DNA of 64,000 nucleotides from a candidate division FCPU426 bacterium (GCA_963840035.1 CAWIXE010000002.1:1-64000), one strand, 5' to 3'. Positions 44,175 through 54,247 are shown, numbered from the stretch's first letter. The notes: generated from the sequence alone by a model not told the origin. Program-made: numbers and translations.

Positions 44175-45800
44175 ATGCGTTCTTTGTTAGGTGTGTTATT
44201 GCTTGTCGCAACGTACCTGCTTTCCATGCCGGCGCCCGCGTTTTCCATTTCCAATGACTTCATAGATGTCCGCACAGCCACAATAACCGCAGGGATAGGG
44301 AACATTGCGCTAATGAAAGTAAAAGGCAGGTTTGTGGAGGGTACAAAATCAGGGACCAAAATGATGTACGGATTTCCTTCCAATCCATGGAGCTCATATA
44401 CCACCATTAAAATAGAAGCCCCCGGCAACACGCTTGCTATTTACGGCGGCGGCGGCACGTGGATTACAAACCCTGTGGACGGCTTTGACGCTTCAAACAA
44501 TACTAAGAATACATCCGCATGGCAGCTATCCGGGATAAAAGTCACTCAGGACCTTACCATTGTAAATAACCCCAGGACAGGCTCAAACCCCGATACCCTT
44601 GAGATAAAATACACTGTTGAAAATACAAATACTTTTGCCGCGCGCGCGGGCGTAAGGACCATGATAGACACGCAGCTGGGCGGCAATGATAATTCCCCGA
44701 TAATCGCGCAGGGAATCGGCAGGATCATACAGGAACAGTCGTGGACGGGCGCGGCAGTGCCTGAGGCGTGGTACACGCTGGATAATTATTTTACCCCTTC
44801 CATAAAAGCGGAAGGAGGGATGAAGACGGGTTCGGCCACAGCGCCGGATATGTTCCTTATCGGCGACTGGGGATATATGAAAGAGGATATGTTCCGCTGG
44901 GATTATACTCTTCATCCTGAAGATATCACGGATACGGCTGTCGCCGTCTTCTGGGGTCCCTATGATTTTGCGGCCGGCGAGACAAGGTCGTTTAAGACTT
45001 ATTACGGCCTTCAGGAAGTATCCGGGGCCGAACTTGCCATTACAAAATCAGCGGACCTGGCAACGGCTAATTACGGCGATACTTTAAGTTACGTGCTCAC
45101 ATATTCCAACCTCTATGACGCGGCTTTAACCGGGCTTTCAGTATGGGATACGCTGCCGTGGAACACAACTTTTGTGGACGCGTCAACCGGATATACCTTA
45201 AGCGGAGGCGTAATCAGCTGGACAGGCCTTCCTGATATTTCAAATCATACGGATTATTATTCACAGTGGTTTACAGTGAGTATCAATGAGTATTACGGGG
45301 TAAAAGTTACAAACAGCGCTTCCGCCATGTACACTGACGCGTACTGGGCCGATAAGGAAGTCAGGTATTCAAATACAACCACTTCATTAATAGCCACGCT
45401 GACCCCGTCATCAACCCCTACGGTTACAGTTACTTTCACAAATACCCAAACGCATACAATAACGCCGACATCCACTATTACGCCCACCTATACGGCAACA
45501 CCGCCTGTCCTGGAACTTGAACTAAAAGGCGCTTTCCCCAACCCTGCGGAAAGTGAAGCCAGGATAGTCTTCAAATTATCAAGGGACGCGGGTATTTCCA
45601 TAAATGTGTATACTGTGTCAGGCGAAAAGGTGCGGGAACTTAAAATGGACGGGTTAAAAGGCATGAACGCGGGATTGTGGGATGGCAAAAATAATAAGGA
45701 GAAACCAGTGTCTTCAGGGACTTATATTTACATTTTAGAAGCTGATGCTGGTTCCGGCGGGAAGAAAAAAGCCGAAGGTAAATTATCCCTCATAAAGTAG
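44175..45800 (+). CDS. Secreted protein: N-terminal domain paralogous to the 35082 protein, DUF11 domain, Thr linker, C-terminal FlgD-Ig/T9SS-like sorting domain
   Basis: LAITKSAD..GDTLSYVLTYSN..VWDTLP (DUF11); GAFPNP..VYTVSGEKVR..GMNAGLWDGKNNKEKPVSSGTYIY..KLSLIK. Confidence 0.8.
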   Translation: MRSLLGVLLLVATYLLSMPAPAFSISNDFIDVRTATITAGIGNIALMKVKGRFVEGTKSGTKMMYGFPSNPWSSYTTIKIEAPGNTLAIYGGGGTWITNPVDGFDASNNTKNTSAWQLSGIKVTQDLTIVNNPRTGSNPDTLEIKYTVENTNTFAARAGVRTMIDTQLGGNDNSPIIAQGIGRIIQEQSWTGAAVPEAWYTLDNYFTPSIKAEGGMKTGSATAPDMFLIGDWGYMKEDMFRWDYTLHPEDITDTAVAVFWGPYDFAAGETRSFKTYYGLQEVSGAELAITKSADLATANYGDTLSYVLTYSNLYDAALTGLSVWDTLPWNTTFVDASTGYTLSGGVISWTGLPDISNHTDYYSQWFTVSINEYYGVKVTNSASAMYTDAYWADKEVRYSNTTTSLIATLTPSSTPTVTVTFTNTQTHTITPTSTITPTYTATPPVLELELKGAFPNPAESEARIVFKLSRDAGISINVYTVSGEKVRELKMDGLKGMNAGLWDGKNNKEKPVSSGTYIYILEADAGSGGKKKAEGKLSLIK

Positions 45801-45821
45801 ATGTTGGTTGATGAAGTTTTC

Positions 45822-45928
45822 GCAGGAGCTCGTCCGGCCTTAACTCCCAAATTAACTGTACTTGTATGTGTTTGTCATTGTTTGTATTGTCTGCTAAAAG
45901 GCCGGGCGAGCCACCGGCTCGCCCCTAC
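45822..45928 (-). repeat. REP-like palindrome with a degraded inverted partner (REPIN-like)
   Basis: Minus strand GTAG-GGGCGAGCC-GGT-GGCTCGCCC at 45904-45928; GCTCGTCCGGCCTT near 45828 is complementary to AAGGCCGGGCGAGC near 45898. Confidence 0.7.
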
Positions 45929-45981
45929 GAAAACTAATAAAAAGCGCCAGGTTGGATTTTTTAGGTTTTTTGTCAGGCTTG

Positions 45982-46011
45982 TTGACATTCATATAAAAAA
46001 TAGGGTATAAT
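45982..46011 (+). promoter_or_regulatory. Consensus sigma70 promoter
   Basis: TTGACA-18bp-TATAAT. Confidence 0.75.
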
Positions 46012-46063
46012 TAAATAAATACCTTATGTTTTCACGGCTTTTTTAGCGTGAGCGGAGGCAAGA

Positions 46064-48703
46064 GTGCGCGATTTATTATTAAAAAGCTTAAAGAGCTTTG
46101 TCGGGATTTGCATATTTATCATTATCCTGCTGACTTTTTTAATATCAGGCTGCGCTAAAAAAAGCAATCCGGCGGGGCCGACACCGCCTGCTGCCACAAA
46201 AACAAACACGCCTGACTGGACAACAACAGCCACGCCGACAAGGACTATAACAGTTTCAAAGACGCCTACAAAATCGGAAACGCCTACAAAAACCTCAACG
46301 CCTTTACCAACGTCAACGAATTCGCCTGATTTATCTTCCACATTTACGCAGACATATACTTTGCTTCCTACGCAGTCGCATACCATAACCAGCACGGACA
46401 CACAGACATGCACGCCTTCGGTTACTCTAACGGGCACTCTTACATTTACAGCCTCTCCCACTGACACGCAAAGCGCGACAGATACATTTACAGCCACGAA
46501 AACCGGCACTGAGACAGTCTCTGCTACAGTCACTCCGGCATCACCGACGCCGACATCCACGAATGTTATTTTTCATGGAAGTGTTGTTGTTTCGCCGGCT
46601 ACGCTCTATGGCATGACAACAGGGAACATGATATCCCTTACTTATACCGCCGGCACTCTCGGGTGGACAAACGGGCGCATAGTTATTAATTTGCCTGCAG
46701 GGTGGTCGCCGCCGAGTCTTTCGCCAACCACCCCGGGGTATTTTACCGTATCCACTAATGGCGGCGCTGTAGGCGTGGGTAAAAGCGGGAATTCCATAAT
46801 CCTGGATATTACCAGCCTTGCCGCGGATACCGGGTACGTGAACATTGTTTATGGCGATAAAAGTTTCGGCGGCGGGGCGTTCGTGGACGGGTCAGGCATA
46901 ACTGAAATTATAATGGAGGTTTCAGAAACTTCACATGTGACCTTCCCCCTTGCGTCCCAGCCGCAGGTAAATATAATTGCGGCTACGATGACGCCCACCA
47001 TGACCCAGACAGTTTTTGTGGGAGAGGGAAGCATAACGGTTTCTCCCGTTAACTTAACTGACGGTTCTTTCGGAAACACTGTAACCTTTGTTTACACGGC
47101 CGGAACTTCAAACTGGACTACCGGCACGCTGAGGATATCGCTCCCTCCGGGTTGGAGCCAGCCAAATCACAGTTCCGCGCTTAATCCCGGCTTTTATGAC
47201 GTGACCACAACGGCTGCGGACTGGTACTGGGCGGGCGCAGGGAATGATATATTAATAAGCGTGACAGGGCTGCAGGCAAATACCGGGACCATCACGATAA
47301 AATATGGAGACAGGACGTACGGCCCGGGGGCATATGTGACCGGTGCAGGGCTGATAAAGCTGACAACCTATACCGATATTTCCAGCACGGACGTCCATGA
47401 GATAGCTGTTTCACCGTATGTTAATATGTCGCCGCCCACGGCAACAGTCACATTGACACCCTCGGTGACTGATACTTATACATTCACGCAGACAGTCACA
47501 CTGACGGAAACCGTCACTGACACATGGACCGAGTCGCAAACGCCTACCATAACGCAGACATGGACAGCTTCGCCTACATTTACCGCGACGCCGTCAATTA
47601 CCGATACATTTACATTTACGGCCACGCCAACCATTACGGTTACATTTACAGTGACTCTTACGCCAACGCCGTTTTGGGACATACTTGGCGGAAAAAGTTT
47701 TTCTGACGGCACGGCTGATTTCGTTTCACTCTCTATTTATAACGGCCAGCCGTATGTGGCATATGAAGATAACATGCATTCCAACGGTGTAACGGTGATG
47801 AAATACTCGTCCGGGGCATGGTCGCCTGTCGGGGCAAAAGGGTTTACCGGGGGTATTTCCAATGATTGTTCGCTGGGCGTGGTAACAAATCCATACCTGG
47901 CATACAGGGATTTTAATAACGGAAATAAGGCAACCGTTATGAAATATGACGGTTCGGCATGGTCCAAGGTCGGAGGCGCCGCAATTTCGCCTGGCGCCGC
48001 CTATGAAGCATCGCTTTATACCGACGGTTTTAAAATTTTTACCGCTTACAGGGATAATTCTAACGGAGGAAGGGCTTCATGCAGGCTTTGGTTCGGGTCT
48101 GTGTGGAGCGACGTTGGAAGCCCGGGTTTTTCCAGCGGTACGGCGTCTTCAATATCGCTCGATGTTGATTCAGCAGGGACCCCTTATGTGGCTTTCAAGG
48201 AATGGGGATTTGATAATTTAGTCCAGAAATTGTCGGTGATGAAAAAAGGAGCGGCTGATATTAAATGGGTATATGTGGGCGGCCAGTACATAAGTTCTGC
48301 TGAGGCGGAGCACATATCATTTAAAATCGGCGGTTCGCCGGCTGTGCCATATGTGGCATACGCGGATTACGCGAACGGGAAAAAACTTACGGTAAAAAGA
48401 TTTAATGGGACCACGTGGGATGTGGTCGGCACTGCCGGAGTGTCCGCGGGCGAAGCCACATCCATATCGCTTTTCTTTAACGCCGCGGGAGAGCCTTCAG
48501 TCGCGATGGCAGACGTTGGCCTGGCGGGAAAAGCGTGCGTTTATAAATTTAACGGGGCAACATGGGACCTTTTCGCAATATTATCCGACGGAGCCGCCGG
48601 TTATGTATCCGCCGGGTACGGCAATGGCAAGCCTTTTGTGGCATTTAAAGACATAGTCAATGGCAACGGAGTGACAGTTATGACTTACGAAGGGGCTTTT
48701 TAA
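46064..48703 (+). CDS. Surface lipoprotein: Thr-rich stalks, two duplicated Ig-like modules, C-terminal beta-propeller-like repeats
   Basis: Lipobox ISGC; GSxxVSP..YTAGT..W..G...I.LP.GWS.P twice; repeats of W..VG...S.G.A...SL...PYVAY.D. Start codon uncertain. Confidence 0.75.
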   Translation: MRDLLLKSLKSFVGICIFIIILLTFLISGCAKKSNPAGPTPPAATKTNTPDWTTTATPTRTITVSKTPTKSETPTKTSTPLPTSTNSPDLSSTFTQTYTLLPTQSHTITSTDTQTCTPSVTLTGTLTFTASPTDTQSATDTFTATKTGTETVSATVTPASPTPTSTNVIFHGSVVVSPATLYGMTTGNMISLTYTAGTLGWTNGRIVINLPAGWSPPSLSPTTPGYFTVSTNGGAVGVGKSGNSIILDITSLAADTGYVNIVYGDKSFGGGAFVDGSGITEIIMEVSETSHVTFPLASQPQVNIIAATMTPTMTQTVFVGEGSITVSPVNLTDGSFGNTVTFVYTAGTSNWTTGTLRISLPPGWSQPNHSSALNPGFYDVTTTAADWYWAGAGNDILISVTGLQANTGTITIKYGDRTYGPGAYVTGAGLIKLTTYTDISSTDVHEIAVSPYVNMSPPTATVTLTPSVTDTYTFTQTVTLTETVTDTWTESQTPTITQTWTASPTFTATPSITDTFTFTATPTITVTFTVTLTPTPFWDILGGKSFSDGTADFVSLSIYNGQPYVAYEDNMHSNGVTVMKYSSGAWSPVGAKGFTGGISNDCSLGVVTNPYLAYRDFNNGNKATVMKYDGSAWSKVGGAAISPGAAYEASLYTDGFKIFTAYRDNSNGGRASCRLWFGSVWSDVGSPGFSSGTASSISLDVDSAGTPYVAFKEWGFDNLVQKLSVMKKGAADIKWVYVGGQYISSAEAEHISFKIGGSPAVPYVAYADYANGKKLTVKRFNGTTWDVVGTAGVSAGEATSISLFFNAAGEPSVAMADVGLAGKACVYKFNGATWDLFAILSDGAAGYVSAGYGNGKPFVAFKDIVNGNGVTVMTYEGAF

Positions 48704-48787
48704 TCACAGATCCCAAATCACAAGTCCCAAAGAAATCGACGGGATGTAAAGGCGCTAATTTGGGACTTGTGATTTGGGATCTGTGAT
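48703..48787. repeat. Perfect 29-bp inverted repeat built from 7-mers, with a 27-bp spacer
   Basis: ATCACAG-ATCCCAA-ATCACAA-GTCCCAA-A at 48703-48731 and its exact reverse complement at 48759-48787. Confidence 0.95.
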
Positions 48788-48835
48788 AGATTGTACCGGG
48801 AATTCTGACAATAAAATTGAGATGCGAGGTATTTA

Positions 48836-50098
48836 ATGGCTGAGTTGAAAAGCCTGGTAAACGGCAATACAGAGACATTCTTTGCCGATGATGTACAGAT
48901 AGCCGTATGGCATACGGACGAGGATGGTAATGTCAAAAAAGAAGGTGTTAAAATTGACGGCGAGATCAAAAGGATATTTCTTGACGACAACGGAAGGGAA
49001 ACCAATGAAAAAATTTTTATCGAACGCAATGAGCTGAAAAAAGGTGTGGCGCGTATTTATTTAAAAAACGGCAAGTTAAAGCAGGAAATGCAGGTTGATA
49101 ATTATAATGTCAACGGGTTTCTAAAGCTTTACTACCCGGGCGGAGGCATCCAGCTTGAAGGGGCTTATTTAAACGGCATCGGTCAGTGGCCGGTGAAATG
49201 TTATTACGAGAACGGAAAACTAAAAACCGAGAAGATCTTCTTGGAAAACAAGAAGGTCCAAAAAAACTTCTATGAAACCGGAGAGCTGGAATCTGAGGAG
49301 ACATACGAGGATGGGGTTGAAAACGGACCGTTTAAGATATACTACAGGAACGGCAAAGTAAAAGCGGAAGGTTCATACAAGCAGGGTAAAAAGCACGGTG
49401 TTTATAAGCTTTACTATGAAACAGGAATGATAAAACTGGAGGGCAACTATGATTCCGGAGTTGAGGAAGGAACCTTCAGGCTGTATTACCCGTCAGGCAA
49501 TGTGGAAACAGAAGAGGTTTATAAGGCGGGCAGGCAGGAAGGCCCCTATATACAGTATTATGAATCAGGCGGGGTAAAACTTTCCGGCCATTATGAGGGC
49601 GGTAAAAAGAACGGTGAGTACAAGATGTTTTTTGAAACAGGCAAGGTCAAACTTGAGGGGACGTATAAAGAAGGAAAAGAAGACGGTCCGTACAAACTTT
49701 ATTATGAGAACGGCGGAATAAAGATTTCAGGGGAATACAAGCAGGGTATTGAGGACGGGATTTACAAATTGTATCACCCTGACGGTTCCGTAAAAGTCGA
49801 GGGCCAGTACAAGGGCGGCAAAGAGCACGGCACATACAAGCTTTTTTATCCTTCGGGCAAATTAAAGGTTGAGGAAGTATATAAGGACGGGAAAGTGGAA
49901 GGCATGTACAGGGCTTATTTTGAGTCGGGGAAGGTGCAGGCCGAGAAAATATTTAAAAACGGCGTACATGACGGGCCGTGCAACTTATATCATGAGAACG
50001 GGAAGATAAAGATAGAAGCCCTTTTTAATGAAGGCGTTCAGATGGTGATGATAGAGTACGATGAAAAGGGCAATAAGGTGGAACAGCCGGAGGAGTAA
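48836..50098 (+). CDS. MORN-variant repeat protein (YwqK-like)
   Basis: More than ten 24-aa repeats of GxYKLYYExGxxKxEGxYKxGKxx. Confidence 0.9.
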   Translation: MAELKSLVNGNTETFFADDVQIAVWHTDEDGNVKKEGVKIDGEIKRIFLDDNGRETNEKIFIERNELKKGVARIYLKNGKLKQEMQVDNYNVNGFLKLYYPGGGIQLEGAYLNGIGQWPVKCYYENGKLKTEKIFLENKKVQKNFYETGELESEETYEDGVENGPFKIYYRNGKVKAEGSYKQGKKHGVYKLYYETGMIKLEGNYDSGVEEGTFRLYYPSGNVETEEVYKAGRQEGPYIQYYESGGVKLSGHYEGGKKNGEYKMFFETGKVKLEGTYKEGKEDGPYKLYYENGGIKISGEYKQGIEDGIYKLYHPDGSVKVEGQYKGGKEHGTYKLFYPSGKLKVEEVYKDGKVEGMYRAYFESGKVQAEKIFKNGVHDGPCNLYHENGKIKIEALFNEGVQMVMIEYDEKGNKVEQPEE

Positions 50099-50212
50099 TT
50101 CTTATAGTCAAATTACTAATTACTAATGACAAATTACTAATAATTAAAACGCAGCCTTTTGGCGCGTGTGCCCTGGGATAATTTATAATCTGACTAAATC
50201 GTGGAGGAAAGC

Positions 50213-51124
50213 ATGAAAAAATTTTTTGTTTTTACGTTGTGTTTCGTTGTGCTTCTTGGCGCCGGATCTTTATCTGCCAAGTCAAAAAAGAAACCGGGAG
50301 AAACTCCTGCGGCCGCGCAGAAAAACGATGGCGGGTCAATTCCGTTTGTCACGGATATAGCAAACGGCGGGGCTGTGTGGCCGGCGTTAACAAAGGGATA
50401 TGTTTATTACGCGCCTTCCGACATCAGGTCTGAGGATGAGGCTATCTCAAACATCCGTTCCAGCCAGGGCTTCATACGCATCCGCGGGGAAAAACCATAC
50501 GATATTGCTGTGGACAGGTACTCGGCGGTTTTCAAGATACAGTGGACCGAGAACCAGACCTTCCAGGAAAATGTCCCGACGTCCGGCGGTTTTTTCATCG
50601 GGTGGGATTACATCCCGACATTTTCAAATACGGTCCAGACCTACCACCAGACAAAACAGATGAATGACGCCCTTGCGGTGCAGTTTAAAGACATCGTGGC
50701 CATATATTTTTTCCAGAACAACCTGTGCCTGCGCGATTCCGGCGGCGGCATCAGCTACCTTGCCTCCGATAACGCGGCCGGGCTCAGGACGCTGGCTGAC
50801 TCCGTATATACCCTGGCGATAAAGGGCGGGGCAAAGATGGAGGGGGATTCGCTTTTTCAGATAGTCAAACTCAGCGAAAAGCAGTGCGACAACCTGAACA
50901 TAGAAAACGGTGACATGGTCACTTCCGTATTCGCCGGCAGCGAAGCAGACAGGGCGGGAATCAAAGAGGGGGATGTCATACTAAACCTGAAGGAAATCGG
51001 CGAAGCGGGCGGTTTTACCAAGTTTTTCGGGGCGAAGAAAGAACTTAAGATAATGCGTTTCACGCAGGACGGCAGCCTGATAAATTTCAAGAATGTGAAG
51101 ATCAGGATGAAGGGGGCGAAATAA
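50213..51124 (+). CDS. Secreted protein with a C-terminal PDZ-like domain
   Basis: Signal peptide; VTSVFAGSEADRAGIKEGDVIL. Confidence 0.75.
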   Translation: MKKFFVFTLCFVVLLGAGSLSAKSKKKPGETPAAAQKNDGGSIPFVTDIANGGAVWPALTKGYVYYAPSDIRSEDEAISNIRSSQGFIRIRGEKPYDIAVDRYSAVFKIQWTENQTFQENVPTSGGFFIGWDYIPTFSNTVQTYHQTKQMNDALAVQFKDIVAIYFFQNNLCLRDSGGGISYLASDNAAGLRTLADSVYTLAIKGGAKMEGDSLFQIVKLSEKQCDNLNIENGDMVTSVFAGSEADRAGIKEGDVILNLKEIGEAGGFTKFFGAKKELKIMRFTQDGSLINFKNVKIRMKGAK

Positions 51125-51125
51125 C

Positions 51126-52214
51126 ATGAAAAAAACAATAATACTCGCTTTCCTTATCGGCTTTTCCTCTATACTCTGCGCTATTAATGTAAATGTTATG
51201 ACAAACTCGGGGGAAGTGGTAACCGGGGTGCTCATTGGTTCGGATGAGAACGCGCTTTTTGTAAAAACCGCGGACGGCAACGCCAAGACAATAAAATACG
51301 GCAAGGTAAGCAAGATATTTGACGCGGAAACGGCAAAAGACATAACGGACAGGTATAAGGCGGCGGAGCAGGCAAAACCTTCCTCTGCGGCGGCAAAGCC
51401 CCCGCAGGCATCTTCCGGACCCAGGACTGAATATGAAACAATCGAAGAGTCGTCGGGGACAATTAACCTGCGGGAGAATGTCACAATATTTACCAGGACA
51501 GTGCCGAAGTATTTCGGGGTTGATGTTGCGCTAATGCAGTTCAATTTGCTTTTCGGGGACAATAAAAAGCTTAAAGAGGTCTTAAAACCTTACGCTGTTG
51601 ATTCCGGCGGATATACATACGATTCTGATTCAATGATGGTATCATTCGGGCTTAATGCCGATTTGTATATCAGGCCGATCGATGGTTTTGGGTTTGGCGG
51701 ATTTTATAACATGTCATTTGCCAACCAGAATCTTTCTGTTCACAGGAACCCGAGCCATGACGGGAGTGAATTTATGTACATTGATCTGCCAGTGACTTCT
51801 TACGGCGCTTTGATCAAACTTATCCCTTTTTCTACGGCTATTGTAGGAAGCGATGGTGAGCTTGTTGAAAACTTTGCGTGGAGTCTTGACTTAAAACTCG
51901 GGGCGTCGTCACTGGGAACGCTTTTTAGCGCTGCAAGCATTAATGACGAAAACTCAATTGGCGATGCGGTGGATCTCTCAGGGACAGCGCCGTATTTTGC
52001 CGTGGAAATGGTATTCAGCTCGCAGATGGACCTGTTTAAGTTCGGTATAGGGTATCAGCAGAGCGAGTTTGCGGAAATTAAGGCGGCTGAAGATTATGTT
52101 GCGCACCCCGGGATTACCGAACCTATCGGGACCGATTATTATGTCATGGCTGGAGGGGAAAAAATACCGTTTGTGATGCAGGGTGTTTATATGTACCTGG
52201 CGTTGGCATTTTAA
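51126..52214 (+). CDS. Putative outer-membrane beta-barrel protein
   Basis: Signal peptide, amphipathic strands, C-terminal YMYLALAF signature. Confidence 0.6.
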   Translation: MKKTIILAFLIGFSSILCAINVNVMTNSGEVVTGVLIGSDENALFVKTADGNAKTIKYGKVSKIFDAETAKDITDRYKAAEQAKPSSAAAKPPQASSGPRTEYETIEESSGTINLRENVTIFTRTVPKYFGVDVALMQFNLLFGDNKKLKEVLKPYAVDSGGYTYDSDSMMVSFGLNADLYIRPIDGFGFGGFYNMSFANQNLSVHRNPSHDGSEFMYIDLPVTSYGALIKLIPFSTAIVGSDGELVENFAWSLDLKLGASSLGTLFSAASINDENSIGDAVDLSGTAPYFAVEMVFSSQMDLFKFGIGYQQSEFAEIKAAEDYVAHPGITEPIGTDYYVMAGGEKIPFVMQGVYMYLALAF

Positions 52215-52228
52215 AAGTTGAATAACCC

Positions 52229-52349
52229 CGTATTGAGCCGGTTTGCATATGACGTGAGCAGTATGAAATGTTCGTGACATATACATATCGAATGGCTGGC
52301 TCACGCGTTTGAGAACAACGTCTGAGAGGGGGCAAGCCCCCTCTCTACA
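52229..52349 (-). repeat. Composite REP-like element, copy A (inverted relative to B and C)
   Basis: 52319-52349 is the exact reverse complement of 54311-54341; CATATACATATCGAATGGCTG is the reverse complement of CAGCCATTCGATATGTATATG in copy C. Confidence 0.85.
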
Positions 52350-52378
52350 ATTGTTGTAATAATTAAGATTAACACGGT

Positions 52379-52508
52379 GTAGAGACGGGACCTGTGCCCA
52401 TCTCAGGTGGGGTATTAAACAGGTTAAAGCGCAGAGACGCCCACCATTCGAGATGCATATGACATGAGAGTATTATAGAACTCATGGCATAGCGGGTGGC
52501 ATCTCTAC
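52379..52508 (+). repeat. Composite REP-like element, copy B
   Basis: GTAGAGACGGG..CCCATCTC, then CCATTCGAGATGCATATGACATGAG..CTCATGGCAT..CTCTAC. Confidence 0.8.
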
Positions 52509-52528
52509 GGAAATATTCGGGAGGGGAT

Positions 52529-54112
52529 ATGCCGGATAAGAAAACAAAAAAGGTAAAAGCAAAAACTGTTGTCATAAAAAAGCGCGAGACCTGGGGGTCA
52601 AAGCTCGGGATCATCCTTGCGGTAGCGGGTTCCGCGATCGGGCTCGGGAACTTCCTTCGGTTCCCGGTGCAGGCTGTCCAAAACGGCGGCGGCGCGTTTA
52701 TGATACCTTATCTTATAGCCCTTGTAATAGTCGGGCTTCCTCTTATGTGGATTGAGTGGACAGTAGGCCGTTACGGCGGCGGCTTTGGCCACGGCACGGC
52801 GCCGGGTATATTCCACACCATAGGCAACAAGAACCGCTTTATAAAATACTTCGGCGTTATCGGCATGTTCGGGCCGGTCGTGATATTCCTTTATTATTGT
52901 TTTATTGAGTCATGGCTTTTGGGGTTTACCTTCTTTTCGCTGACGCCTGATTACGCACTGGCTGTTAAGGCGGGAAAGATAGGGGAGTTTTTCAGCAATT
53001 ACATAACAGTCAAATCAGTCCTTTCCCCCGCTTACCTGTTTTTTCTGGTAACTTTCATCCTGAATTTTCTTATTTTATATTTTGGCATAAATAAAGGCAT
53101 TGAAACGGTATCAAAGATCGCCATGCCTCTGCTGATGGTTTTAGGGATAATACTTGTCATAAGGGTGCTGACCCTTGACATGCTGCACAGCCCTGATTTT
53201 AAGTGGAGCATAAGCCAGGGCATGGGTTTCATGTGGAATCCGGATTTCTCAAAACTTTTAAGCGCCAAAGTGTGGCTTGCCGCGGCAGGGCAGATTTTCT
53301 TCACGTTAAGTATTGGCATGGGTGTTATCATAACATACGCCAGTTACTTAAAAAAAGAGGATGATGTTGTGCTCTCGGGTTTAACTTCGACTGCGACCAA
53401 TGAATTCGCGGAAGTCATCCTCGGCGGTTCGATTATTATTCCTGCGGCATTTGCTTTTTTTGGGCCTGAAAAAATTATGGAAGTGGCGGCAGGCGGAACT
53501 TTCGGCATCGGTTTTATGACCATGCCTGTCATTCTGGATAAACTGCCTCTTTCGGTATTGTTCGGTTTTTTATGGTTCCTGCTTCTGTTCCTGGCAGGTA
53601 TTACATCCTCCATATCCATGCTCCAGCCCGCTATAGCGTTCTTTGAGGATGAATTTAACACCTCAAAAAGAAAGGCTGTGGGGGCAATCGGCGTAATTAC
53701 ATTTTTACTGATGCAGCCTGCCATTTTCTTCCTGGGAAAAGGGGTGGTCGATGAGCTGGATTTCTGGGCAGGCACATTTGCCCTGGTCGTATTCGGCCTC
53801 TTTGAGGTCATCATGTTTGGCTGGGTTTTCGGCATTGATAAAGCATGGGATGAGGTGCATAAAGGCGCCCAGATGAGGGTGCCGCGAATCTACAAATTCA
53901 TAATTAAATATGTAACCCCGGTATTTCTTGCGGCCATTTTAATCGGGTGGTTCATACAGAGCGGCCTGCCGGTAATAATGATGAAAGGCGTCCTGCCTGA
54001 GAATCAGCCTTATATAGTCTGGACAAGGGTGGGGCTTGTTTTTGTATTCGGGCTGCTTGCCCTTATGGTAAAGCTGGCGTGGAACAAGAGGAAAAAGGAG
54101 GGCCGCGAATGA
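52529..54112 (+). CDS. Sodium-dependent transporter, neurotransmitter:sodium symporter (NSS/SNF) family
   Basis: RETWGSKLG.IL..AGSAIGLGNFLRFP..NGGGAF.IPY; AAGQIFFTLS. Confidence 0.95.
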   Translation: MPDKKTKKVKAKTVVIKKRETWGSKLGIILAVAGSAIGLGNFLRFPVQAVQNGGGAFMIPYLIALVIVGLPLMWIEWTVGRYGGGFGHGTAPGIFHTIGNKNRFIKYFGVIGMFGPVVIFLYYCFIESWLLGFTFFSLTPDYALAVKAGKIGEFFSNYITVKSVLSPAYLFFLVTFILNFLILYFGINKGIETVSKIAMPLLMVLGIILVIRVLTLDMLHSPDFKWSISQGMGFMWNPDFSKLLSAKVWLAAAGQIFFTLSIGMGVIITYASYLKKEDDVVLSGLTSTATNEFAEVILGGSIIIPAAFAFFGPEKIMEVAAGGTFGIGFMTMPVILDKLPLSVLFGFLWFLLLFLAGITSSISMLQPAIAFFEDEFNTSKRKAVGAIGVITFLLMQPAIFFLGKGVVDELDFWAGTFALVVFGLFEVIMFGWVFGIDKAWDEVHKGAQMRVPRIYKFIIKYVTPVFLAAILIGWFIQSGLPVIMMKGVLPENQPYIVWTRVGLVFVFGLLALMVKLAWNKRKKEGRE

Positions 54113-54204
54113 ACATATTCGGCTGGTTGATGCTGATTGCGACCTGGGGGATAATAACGGTCATATGCGTGTATTGTTTTTACAGGATTTTAACGGAGAA
54201 GTGA
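54109..54204 (+). CDS. 31-aa single-TM peptide, candidate MetS-like small subunit of the NSS transporter
   Basis: MNIFGWLMLIATWGIITVICVYCFYRILTEK; ATGA overlap with the transporter stop; AAGGAGG RBS; below the ORF-track cutoff. Confidence 0.75.
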   Translation: MNIFGWLMLIATWGIITVICVYCFYRILTEK

Positions 54205-54247
54205 ATTTTAAATTTTCAATTAAAATAAAAATGCCTGTTTAGTATTT

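Noticed and set aside
45801..46010. 69-aa + strand ORF
   Set aside because: It runs across REP-like repeats and a consensus promoter, lacks an RBS and has no recognisable protein features.
48836..50098. Toxin-antitoxin or immunity system implied by the YwqK-like label
   Set aside because: Only generic MORN-variant repeats are visible, and no adjacent toxin gene was found.
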